NCBI GenBank assembly: GCA_043228905.1
Contig: JBHGNT010000015.1
Location: 12,958,001 to 13,022,000 of the forward strand
Reading direction: 5' to 3'
From: Azolla caroliniana
Lineage: Eukaryota > Plantae > Polypodiophyta
Length of the DNA: 64,000 bases
In this document: in pieces, positions 1-10,835 of the stretch
Position numbering within the stretch: the stretch's first letter is position 1
How the letters are laid out: the number at the start of each line of letters is the position of its first letter
The notes under the pieces: model-generated
What the model saw: only the letters and a program-made list of their open reading frames with translations
Database searches by the model: none
Told to the model about the DNA's origin: nothing
Program-made: the position numbers and the translations under genes

Positions 1-97
1 AGTTCGGGATCGTGACCTTGTTCACCAGTTGCAAATCTTGAATAAACTGGAGTGACCCATTCTTCTTCGGAACCGTAAACCATCAATTTAAGTACAG

Positions 98-772
98 TGT
101 CGTGAAGATTCCGGGCCATGGTGAGAAACCGGGGGATATCGGAAGAATCGGCGGAGTGCACCATGTGCATTTACCCTTGTAAAACGTGTGAATAGTAGGA
201 TTCAAGTCGGGATAGAGAATCCCATGTAAGTTGGGATTTATCCCACATTGTAACGCATCCCTCTCCTTGTTCTATAAAACGAAGGGATGATCCTTTGTAG
301 ATGGGTTGCCCATTTTGACTTAGGAGGGTATACCACTTAGGTCTAGGGTTTGGTAGAGTTCTTCCTGTTCATCTTATTCTTGTTCCCTTAGGGTTTGTAG
401 TTTGGTCTTCGCTCTACTTCGTTTAGGGTTTCGTCTTGTCTTCTTCTTCTTCTGCCCCTTCGTGTCTGTTTAGGGTTTTGCCCGGTGAAGAACTTGTATG
501 TTCTGTGGGGGTTAACTTCGACTCGGCCTCCTGTGCAAGACCCCGCTCGGCACGACGAGCCCGAAAGCTCCCCCAACGGCGGCTTGGCAGCAGACTGTTG
601 TTGCAACATAACCTACCTTGGTCCGGCTCGAAGCCGGGGATGTATTCTTTCCCTTGTAATATACATACTCGTATCTGTTTGTGCATATTGGTGTATTTGG
701 TGGTGTCGGAAACACAACCCCTTGCTTCCTGTGCATAAGTGTCGGTGTCGCACGCATGCTCTCCCTCTCCTT

Positions 773-819
<47 letters not shown>

Positions 820-933
820 TTCGGTTGTATCCGGGTCGTGTCCGGCGTCGGTTTTCTTGGCATCCCTCTTCTCCCTAGTCTGAGACCCATGTGGTCCCGC
901 CCCTTCTACACGTACGCGCGTAATAACGCGACA
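98..933 (+). mobile_element. Solo LTR inserted in the Gypsy RT, 4-bp TSD ACAG
   Basis: Termini TGTCGTG...CGCGACA, ACAG at 94-97 and 934-937. Removing it rejoins the RT frame. Contains CTATAAAA and a (CT)n tract. Confidence 0.85.
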
Positions 934-3186
934 ACAGAGCGTTTGATGGCTTTAGAATCCCCATCGCCACCTTCTCCTTGAGCAAGTCAATGATTTTCGG
1001 AATATGCGCCTGTGGCACTAGAATCGGCTTCAGGTTCCACGGCACATGATCAATCGTGAAGATCACCATCAGCTCCACTATCTTCGGATCAACGCACCCT
1101 ATCTCTCTTGATGTGAATGCAAATGCTTTTCCATGTTGCTCCAACATCTCACGAAACCGTTCTTCTTCATTTTGTGAGAGGAAACCACCTCCACCAATCC
1201 GAAGTTTTTTCCGGGTCTCATCTGTGAAGGCATGTCCGATATCCACAGACTTCTGAAGTGTCGGATCTCCCGAGACTTCTTTCCTCTTTTGTTCGCTATC
1301 GACGGGTAGCGGTCCTGCGGCCAGTTTCACCTTCTTTTCCACGGTCTTATATTTCGTACATACCATTGCTTCTTCTTTGCGGAGCGCATCCGGCCCCATT
1401 TTCGCAATGATCTCGTACATCTCGACCGATTCCATCGGAACTACCCGGTCTCCCTGGCTATTCTCTTCTGCAAGCTCTTCAAGTCGTTGTAGCGTGTTCC
1501 CATAGAACACTTCTTCGACCACTCCCACGATTTCTTCATCTTCTTTTATTATTGATGCAGATTGTAACTCATCTTGCACCTTTCAGAATTCTTCCTTCAT
1601 TACTCCGGTTATGGCCATGTATGTAGATGCCCCATCTGTACCGATTCGTACTTGTTTTGCTCCGTAGTTTTTCTTCTTGTGTGGGGTATCAGAGCTTCTC
1701 AGACTATTACTTCCCCACTCTGCAATAGTTTGCTTTAAAAATACATTTTTGTTTGGGACAATAGCTCTCTATTGTTGCTTTCGTGATTTGATGGCACAGT
1801 TAGGAATTGGACGGTTTTCCCCCCGCTATGGCTCCGAATTCGTGCAAAAGCCACTTTGCTATTGAGCACCTTTGTCTCCATCGTGAAGCCATGATAAAGG
1901 GTTGCCCGAGGATCACAAAGTGTGAGACCTCATCTTGTGCGAAGAAATTTTGGTCAATCTCCACATCTCCGATCTTCATCGTCACATCCGGACAAGCCGT
2001 AAATAAATCTTCCGTTGCTTTAGTGGTTGCCCGGATCTTCCATCCATGATTAGTGTTAATAGGCCACTTCCCCTTTTGGTAGAACTCCTTGGACATCAAA
2101 TTGATCTCTGATCCATGATCAATCAATGCTAGTACGAGCTCTTTGATGTTTCCGATTCGGACCAGAGTCTTCGTAGTTGCGCGTGCCCAATGTGGCCTTG
2201 TGTAGTGGGAGTTCGGAATTTCATCCTCCACTTCGGTATCATTCATTAGAATGGTATTTGCATTCACCCTTGGAGCATTTTCCTTCGTATTTTGTCTTTT
2301 TCTCTTCACGATATCCACAAGAAGATTGTTGAACTCCTTCTTCGCTATTCCGAGTAATTCCCGAAGCGAAAAATCTACCCGGCTATCGAGGATTCTCTCC
2401 TCGAACACCTTTTTTAAGTCCGTCCATTGCTCGATGTCTGAAGCGAGTTTGAATGCCGGAATTGTTTTTCGTTTCCCCTTCCCTTCGGAGTTCCAACTAT
2501 CCGGCGTCTTTGATGGTCCGGCTGCATCATCCGTGCGCCGTCGTTTGTCATCTACATACACCTCATGTAATTGGCATAGGACGTACACCCTATTCTTATT
2601 GATGGGGCACTCCCATCCCGTAGCTTCTCGGATGCCTTTCACGGTGCTTCGGATCTCATTAGAGTCAGTTTTCTCGAGGTTTTCTAGCACTTCCGGCCAA
2701 AAAGACGCCTTTGCTTCGGAGGACTCACCCACACGTATCCCCGCGGTTCTTGCAAAATTTCTTTTCGCCGCTATTTCCTCTTCTAGGACCTTCTTCATGC
2801 CGCCTTTTTGGAAGTTCGGTCGGAGTGGCTTTCGAGAGTCCATTGAATGAATCCGATTTCCCTCGTAGTAGATAAGATCCCGTCGTAGCGCCTCCTTGTG
2901 CTCATCGCAATCCCTCCGATCATGTTCGGTGCTATCGCACCATATGCATCGACAATCCATATACTTGGAACTTGTGGGACGGTTATTCAACTTTTTCAGC
3001 ATTTCCGCCTTGTAATCCCGCAAATATTGCGATACATCCTTCCCGTTGAATTGCCCATTACGTTGCACGAGCCGCTCTACTACCGCCGCAATCTCCGACA
3101 TCGCGTGTTGTTTTCATAGCATCCGCTCGAACATTGCCATCATGTTGTTAGCCTCTTGTTGATTTTCCATCTCCTTGCCACTTGTT

Positions 3187-3204
3187 TTCACGTCGGGTTC
3201 ACCA
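3187..3204 (-). promoter_or_regulatory. Primer-binding site complementary to tRNA-Trp 3' end
   Basis: Minus strand TGGTGAACCCGACGTGAA matches the plant tRNA-Trp(CCA) 3' end as recalled. The same sequence is at 10382-10399. Confidence 0.8.
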
Positions 3205-3767
3205 CTGTGTTGGGCCTTTTGCTCCGGATCGTTAGCATGAGTTGGGTGGGAACCGCTGGGTTTTTGGACTAGGAGAAAGAAGAATATGAGATAAGGTTCG
3301 TTATGAATAGATTGCAAGATGAAGATATGAAACTCGTGAATCCCACGAGTATAGTGTATTAATTGATACTTAGATTGTAAAAGAGAAATAGATGGCAAAA
3401 TCATGAATCCCAAGAATATTTTATATTAATCAACCCTTATAAAAAATCAACGACCCCTATATAGTAAACATTTGGTTAAGTGCACACTTTGATCTGAAGG
3501 GAAAAGTGCGCACTTAACCGAGCCGCACACTTAGGGCTTTTTACACACAAATTTTTTTTCCCCCAATTTTTCTTTTCTCTGCACATTTGAGTAAGCGTAG
3601 CCCCAACCGCCACCGATCAGACCCTCTTTGCACCTTAATCAATCCCACGTAGTTGGTCACAAGGCTGCTGCTTCACCAGGTTGTTGCTCAAGACACTATT
3701 GTGCACCTACAATCTTCTTCGGGTATGTAGAGTTTCTGCGCATTTTCAGGTTTTTTAAGGCCAAATG

Positions 3768-4680
3768 TTTAGGGAATTAAAAAATAATTTCATTGTGGAT
3801 GTATTTGTGCTGTTTTTACTGCTGAATTCGAGTAAATTTGTTGATTAGGTTCATAAATTAGATTGCGGGTTTAGGGAATTAGAAAAAAATTTGATAGTGG
3901 ATGGGTATATGAATGTATTTTGCTGTTTTTACTACTGAATTTGAGTAAATTTGTTGAATAGGTTCATAAATTAGATTGCGGGTTTAGGTAATTAGAAAAA
4001 AAGTTGATAGTGGATGAGTATGTGAATGTATTTTGCTGTTTTTACTGCTGAATTCGAATAAATTTGTTGATTAGGTTCATAAATTAGATTGTGGGTTTAG
4101 GGAATTAGAAAAAAATTTGATAGTGGATGAGTATGTGAATGTATTTTGCTGTTTTTACTGCTGAATTCGAGTAAATTTGTTGATTAGGTTCATAAATTAG
4201 ATTGCGAGTTTAGGGAATTAGAAAAAAAATTGATAATGGATGAGTATGTGAATGTATTTTGTTGTTTTTACTGCTGAATTCGAGTAAATTTGTTGATTAG
4301 GTTCATAAATTAGATTGTGGGTTTAGGGAATTAGAAAAAAAATTGATAGTGGATGAGTATGTGAATGTATTTTGCTGTTTTTACTGCTGAATTCGAGTAA
4401 ATTTGTTGATTAGGTTCATAAATTAGATTACGAGTTTAGGGAATTAGAAAAAAAGTTGATAATGGATGAGTATGTGAATGTATTTTGCTATTTTTACTGC
4501 TGAATTCGAGTACATTTGTTGATTAGGTTCATAAATTAGATTGTGGGTTTAGGGAATTAGAAAATAATTTGATTGTGGATGAGTATGTGAATGTATTTGT
4601 GTTGTTTTTACTGTTGAATTTGAGTACATTTGTTGATTGGGTTCATAAATTAGATTGACGGTTTAGGGAATTAGAAAATA
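3768..4680. repeat. Tandem repeat, ~113-bp unit, ~8 copies, in the pogo 5' UTR
   Basis: GTTTAGGGAATTAGAAAAAAA...GCTGAATTCGAGTAAATTTGTTGATTAGGTTCATAAATTAGATT recurs at ~3869, 3982, 4095, 4208, 4321, 4434, 4547, 4661. Confidence 0.95.
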
Positions 4681-4727
4681 ATAGATATAAGTCAATGTGA
4701 AATTAGCTCATTAGCCTTATTACAGAG

Positions 4728-5368
4728 ATGAATTCAACCCATAAGCGAGGTGCTGGACCTTGTTTGAATGATGAACAAAGGCTACAAATTTTGGAGATAG
4801 TGGAACAACCATTCGCTCCTTCTCTTCGCAACATAGGTAGAAATTTTGGTGTAAGTGAATCAACGATTAGAAGTTTGATCAAGAAGAAGGATGAGATACG
4901 AATGCGTGTCCAATTAAAAGATCATAATACAAGGAAAACAACTTTTAGGGGATCCAAAGGGAAATATCCAGAATTAGAGGAACGCTTGTATGCTTGGATT
5001 GATGCATCTCGTCGATTGTCAATTGCATTGCCTCCATCCGTTATTATGGAGAAGGCTCGACGATTGGCTACACAAATGAATATTTGTGATGATGATTTCA
5101 AAGCAACTTGAGGTTGGTTTAGGAAATTTCGCCATTGCCAATGTTTGAATACTATTAGTTTGTATGGCGAAGGAGGGGCAGTTAATCGAAATGACCCAGA
5201 ATTGTTGGCTTCTTTGGAAAGGTTCTATGCTATAATCAACGAGTATGATGCTAGTTGTGTTTACAATATGGATGAAATAGGCTTATTTTTTCGATTAGTT
5301 CCAAGATATACAGTGCTTTTGCCAAGTGAATATCCTACAACAATTCGAGGTAAGAAAAAATTGCTAGA
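4728..5368 (+). pseudogene. pogo/CENP-B-like transposase, N-terminal part (two HTH domains, first catalytic D)
   Basis: LRNIGRNFGVSESTIR, GKYPELEERLYAWI, AT*GWFRKF (stop at 5109-5111), VYNMDEIGLFF. Cut by insertion at 5369. Confidence 0.9.
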
Positions 5369-5575
5369 TGTTGTATGTTTTAGGGTTAGGGTATGATAAT
5401 GATAAAGATAGGAATAGGGCTAGCAATGATGGTAGATTGATAATGAATGTGTGATGATGAGACAGGGCGTGAAGAACAAGACAACCATTGAGGGGTGGGG
5501 GGTGGTGCCTAGAATGGCTCCACCCCCCCTCCCAAGGGGGCTCAACGTTAAGCGGAGAGAGAGGAAGAGAGATGA

Positions 5576-5635
<60 letters not shown>

Positions 5636-5901
5636 TCATTCATGTTTCATTCATTCCCCATAAGGGGGTTAAATAGTACAAGAGGGGGTAGATACATAGG
5701 GGTGTAAGCCCCCTCGAGCATTCATACTGGACACTCACTCACACCTCCTCGTATCCATCCACATGCACACACGTGTGCATGTGTTCACATACGTATAGAC
5801 TCACAATTACATTTATGCCCCCTACACACACACAACAATCATCATGATAACATTTGACCCTCGCTCATCACATTGACTCTCCGTACATCTCATAAAAAAC
5901 A
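5369..5901. mobile_element. LTR-like segment of an unrelated family (TGTTG...AAACA) with a (GA)n tract
   Basis: Starts right after TSD CTAGA with TG and ends near CA at 5901. Non-coding. No own right-hand TSD visible. Confidence 0.55.
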
Positions 5902-6392
5902 GTGTTAACTCTTAGGGCCGGACAATGGCCTAACACAGGGTGTCTACGGAAGACACTTCACCAAAGGGGTGTTACAGCAAGAGGATTAGGCTCAACGATT
6001 AATCCGACTTAATTAGGTTACTTAGCAAGATCATCCTTAACAATCACACGCGTAAGATATAACAATGAATGCAGAATGGCAATTAACACAGAGAGATAAA
6101 AACACTAAGCTTCATTAATTATCCGCTGCCCATAACATTGTATCCGGGCCTTTAAATAGGTTTCCGGTTTGTAGTACAAAACGGTGCCATCTGCACTTGT
6201 TCGGGATCGGTCCGGATCCGGAACGGCATACCGATTTCAGTCGGTCCGTCCACACTAATAGCTTACTTACAACCATTCCTTAATAATTAAATAACTCCTT
6301 CGTTTCACACTCTGGACTCCTTTGCCGGCCGATAACACATGGCACGCCCGTGGGACAATACCTTGTACGTCGAATCCACCATCCGACCCTTG

Positions 6393-9038
6393 CTATTCTT
6401 CGTCCAAAATATCCAGAATGCTTTGTTCGAGAGTCTCCAATGGTTCATCTGGAATTGGCTGTTGTTGTTGTGGTTGTTGCCGCTCCGTTGATGACTGTTG
6501 CGACCGGTCCTTTGGTAGCTGTTGTGGCTGCTCCTCCGTTTGTTGCTCTGACACCGGCGTTTCCGTCGTTGCTCCCTCCATCGTAGTGGTCTCCGGTTGA
6601 CTGGTTCCGGCCTGGCCCTCGGCCGGCGACGGTTCCTCATCACTAAGGTTAACCGTTGCCGCTTCCCGTGCTTTTTCTTCCTGAACCCGGGACCGCTCGT
6701 AGCTCTCAAACTGGATTTGAGCGTCCAGCCTATCATCGTCTAGCTGAGCTACGAGTTGCCGGACCTGCACCAGCTGTTCATCCGCCATGACTTGGAAGTC
6801 TTTAGCGAGCTCATCCCGTATGGCGGTGAAGTCCTCGGAAGTCAACGTGTAACAATCATCTCCTTCCTTCCGCCGGTTTTCCACGTCTGCCCGTAGCAAT
6901 TGGAGTTCCACCGTATTTTGTGCCCACTTTGTCCACCATCTTACGGAGCTTTCGTCAATCAAGAGTTTTGTCTGATTCAGCCATGCCCGGAGGATGCACT
7001 GAATCCGGCCTGTTCCCATCTGCGATTTGATCTCCGCAGCTTGCCGTTCCTCCTTCAATTGCTTGATGATTTTGACGTTGTCATCCGCCTGCTCCTTGTA
7101 ATGCGTCAATTGCCCTTGATATGTGCTTTGTAATTTTTGCAATACCGTTGTCACTCTCTCCCTTTCTTCCTACTGCTGCCTCTGGAGCTCAATCCGGACC
7201 TTCTCCGCCTCGTCCAACCGTCTTGTATTTTCCGCTCGTTCATCGGCGAGCGCCGTCGCGGCTTGGTCAACTTCCTGCTGGAGCTCAGCCATCCGTTCCT
7301 TATGCTCCGTTTCAAGCCATTTGTAGTCCCGGTGCAGGTGCTCAAAATCATCTGTCTTTCGCTTGAGCCGTACGTTGATCTGTCGACGGGCCCAGTCCTC
7401 GCAGTCCTTCTGCTGGCGGAGCTCCTCCTTTAGCCGTTCAATTTCCGTTTCCGCCGTCTTTAGCAGGTTGTCCTTTTCCTGCAACACTTTGTCTTTTTCC
7501 TCCATTAGCCGGTCGTACGCTTGATGGCATTTCCGGAGGCTCTCCTCTGCCCGGCGGAGGTTCTCAGCAGTCTTCTTTAATTCTGCTTCGGCCGCTGCCT
7601 TCAATTCCCGTTCACGGCTCCTTAGCGCTTCTTGTGTGGCAAGTTCATCTCTCAATTCCGCAAGCTCCTGGGCTTGCGCCACATCTCTCTCTGGAACGGT
7701 TTCCATTGCCGGGGTCTTATTAGTATGTACAGGTTGGTCTGTTTCTTTATTTTGTACACTTACCGGAGTCACCAGTGCTTGGATCTGTGTTGCCGTTAAG
7801 GCCATTTTGGCCATTTCTGCCGTGACCTGATCCAAGTCTTTTTTAAGGCACCGGATTCTGGACCAGGCCGTCTCTAGTTGTTCGGTTGTGACGAGCAACA
7901 GTTCGCTTTGCGCTCTTTCTTACGCCTCAATATACCCCATTGCTCCGGCAATCTGTTCGCCTATCCACCGGAACCACAGGCTATCGGTGCATTGTTGTTG
8001 CGCTTGCACGGAGGTTTGACGGATGGGCTCGCTTGTGGGTGGGTGGTCCCGCCTGATTGTGCCGAGTTGCAATTCCGTTTCTGCCCGTGGACCACCCTAC
8101 TGTCCTGGTTCCCCTTGCGCTTCTTATTGGTTGACTGAGGGAGGCTGCATTGACCTTTCCGGCTCTGGCGGTATGGGTCTTGCCGGTGCTGCTAGTGGTG
8201 CAGGGGCTTCTGATTCCGGTGCCATGCGCACCGGTTCCGGTTCCTCCCTTGGCGTGGGAGTCTCAGTATGGGGAGCCGGTGTTCCCTCCGTCTGAGGGTC
8301 CGAACGTTTCCCGGCTGCCTCAACGGTCCTTGCGGACGACCGTCGCTGGAGGTGCTCCGTGGGCTCCTCCTCTATTTCCTCTTCCTGAGTCCCGACATTG
8401 ATTTTCGCCGCCACGGGGTTCGCTTCTCTATTCACCGGTCGGCAGAGTGTAATCTTTACGGGCCGTACCGGTGGTTCCTCCTGCGCCTCCGTTGGCCGCT
8501 TCCGGTTGGCGCTCTCCTTTCCCGCCTGTTCTGCGTTCGCCGCCTTCCCCTTAGTGGCCTTAGAGGCCAACAACTGTTGTCTTTTGGAAGCAGTCTTTGG
8601 GGTGCCGTCTGCAACTCTTCCCCGCTTCTTGGGCTGGACGGGTGGCACAAGCAAGGTGAGCCACTGTGTTACTGCGTGCCATATCTTCCGTCCGTCTTGG
8701 CCTTCTTTGCCGTCTTTTCCTCTAACGATCTCGATCGCCGCACACAACTCGTCTGCGATCAATACCGGCCAATCCACCTTGATCCCTTCATAGGTAGCGA
8801 TGATCATCCCTGCCCGGTTCTGCGGCATGACAGGGGGTCTAGGGTACATATGGCCGTATTCATGGAGCACACGGACAATCTCGCGGAACAACATATCTCT
8901 GCCGCCCTGTGTCCGGTAGCCCTTGTTGGCTAGGGAGTACTCACCAAAATACTTGATGAGTTGCTTCGAGGTCGGATTGTTGATCGTGAATATGCCTCCC
9001 TCCGGAAGGCCTGTTAACGCACGGATTGCCTCCGCCGT
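6393..9038 (-). pseudogene. Extra ORF of element A, C-terminal ~880 codons (N-terminal part at 16409-16551); transposon-associated domain, low-complexity linker, long coiled coil
   Basis: ORFs 8124-9194, 7170-7898 and 6393-7154 share one frame separated by single stops, and are colinear with the copy at 19869-22089. Confidence 0.8.
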
Positions 9039-10835
9039 TGTCGAGTTGCTACGCGCGTGCGTGGAGAACAAGGTGGGACCACTAGGGTCTTGGACTGAGG
9101 AATAGGTGAGAAAAGAGGGAGAAAGAGAGAGACGCTCACACACGTATAGACAAAGAAGCGCACGGGGACGCGGCCCAATCAACATAGGAGACACGAGTTG
9201 AGAACACTAGCGTATGTATATAGAAAATATGTATCTATGCGGACGACTTGAACGGTTACAGCCGATCAGGTCGGCTGGAAGGATGCTGACACCTGATCAC
9301 CCACGCACACAGGGGAGCAAGATGGAGATTCTGCCGGAAGCACACGGGCGTTCCGCGGAGCAGAATCAGCCTCCGGAGAACCTGCGCAAAAGAAAGCTAT
9401 GGAGAACGACAGAGAAGAAGAGCTCGGTCCCAGTCCGACAGCACTTCGTCCCCTCTAGCGTGCGATACCTTCTCTCCCCATCTCCCTCTCTTTTATAGCT
9501 CAAGGAGGGAGGTTGTTTCACCCGTTTACATCACATTAATTCTCTGTCCTTTCGGACAGAGATACTCCTCGATTCTCCCTATAGAATATTGCTACCTAGG
9601 ATTCGACTTTTGTGCCTACCTATCTACTATACAAGGGGCGTGCCCACGTGTAAATGCCGGTCAAAGCCGATCCGGTCTCGAGCCAGTCTCGGGTCTCTTC
9701 CCTTCGCGTTGGTGGTGTTGGCTCGAGCTTCCTTGCTGCGACAGAGCCCGCCCCTGTCGATCCTTTGTCAACCCATTCCTGCCGTTTGTCGAAACGGCCA
9801 CAAACCCTCTTCACCACGGCCCAGTCGGCCGTCAGCCCATCATCAGTCTCCAATAGGAGGCCTACTTGCTCCCGATCCTGCTCGTCAACTGACTTAACAA
9901 ACAATATGACACGACTTGTGTCCAGAATGGTCCGGTCAAGCACCGAGAGGCGCGCGAAGCGTTCCTCAAACTCCCGGAGGAGCACCGACGCGTTCCTTCC
10001 TTTGTCGGGGGTCTCCACCCACTCCATGAAGTCCCACTTCGAAAGTCGAAGCGCATCTTCAAGCCGACCTTCGAACTCCTCCCTGGTCCGGCTCTCGGCC
10101 CGTACCTCGAGCACCTCCGTATGGATGCCCGACATCGCCACTCAAGGGAATCCGGCTAGGCGCCTCTCTTCCGGAATGTCCCTCATTACCATCTCAGCCC
10201 GGTAGGACGCCAAGTAGCTCGTGGCATCCTTCCCACTAAACCGGCCGATCGTACCGACAATCGCCTCGATAGCCCTATCAAGGGCGCCGGTGCCTTCGCG
10301 CGCACTCACTATACAGTCCACAGTCGAAGCCATGGCTTCTACGAGGTCCGACCCCCTCATCTTCTACTCCTCTGCCACCTGTTCACGTCGGGTTCACCAA
10401 AAGATGTCGAGTTGCTACGCGCGTGCGTGGAGAACAAGGCGGGACCACTAGGGTCTTGGACTGAGGAATAGGTGAGAAAAGAGGGAGAAAGAGAGAGACG
10501 CTCACACACATATAGACAAAGAAGCGCACGGGGACGCGGCCCAATCAACATAGGAGACACGAGTTGAGAACACTAGCGTATGTATATAGAAAATATGTAT
10601 CTATGCGGACGACTTGAACGGTTACAGCCGATCAGGTCGGCTGGAAGGATGCTGACGCCTGATCACCCACGCACACAGGGGAGCAAGATGGAGATTCTGC
10701 CGGAAGCACACGGGCGTTCCGCGGAGCATAATCAGCCTCCTGAGAACCTGCGCAAAAGAAAGCTATGGAGAACGACAGAGAAGAAGAGCTCGGTCCCAGT
10801 CCGACAGCACTTCGTCCCCTCTAGCGTGCGATACC

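Larger units (their letters stand above)
1..3204 (-). mobile_element. Ty3/Gypsy LTR retrotransposon internal region (gag-protease-RT start), degenerate, tRNA-Trp-primed family; runs off left edge
   Basis: ORF 1800-3101 has a CX2CX4HX4C knuckle (CIWCDSTEHDRRDC) and a protease motif (ALIDHGSEINL). ORF 875-1579 plus 1-97 read as the RT N-terminus (KEKVAMGILKPSNA..WFTVPKKNGSLQFIQDLQLVNKVT). PBS at 3187-3204. Confidence 0.9.

Noticed and set aside
388-981. Overlapping short ORFs with SLSLSL/RERERE
   Set aside because: Translations of a (CT)n tract in a solo LTR.
3768-4680. CRISPR-like regular repeats
   Set aside because: Whole 113-bp units repeat with no unique spacers; eukaryotic context, no cas genes.
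6393-9194. env gene in element A
   Set aside because: No signal peptide or transmembrane helix evident; kept as non-env extra ORF.
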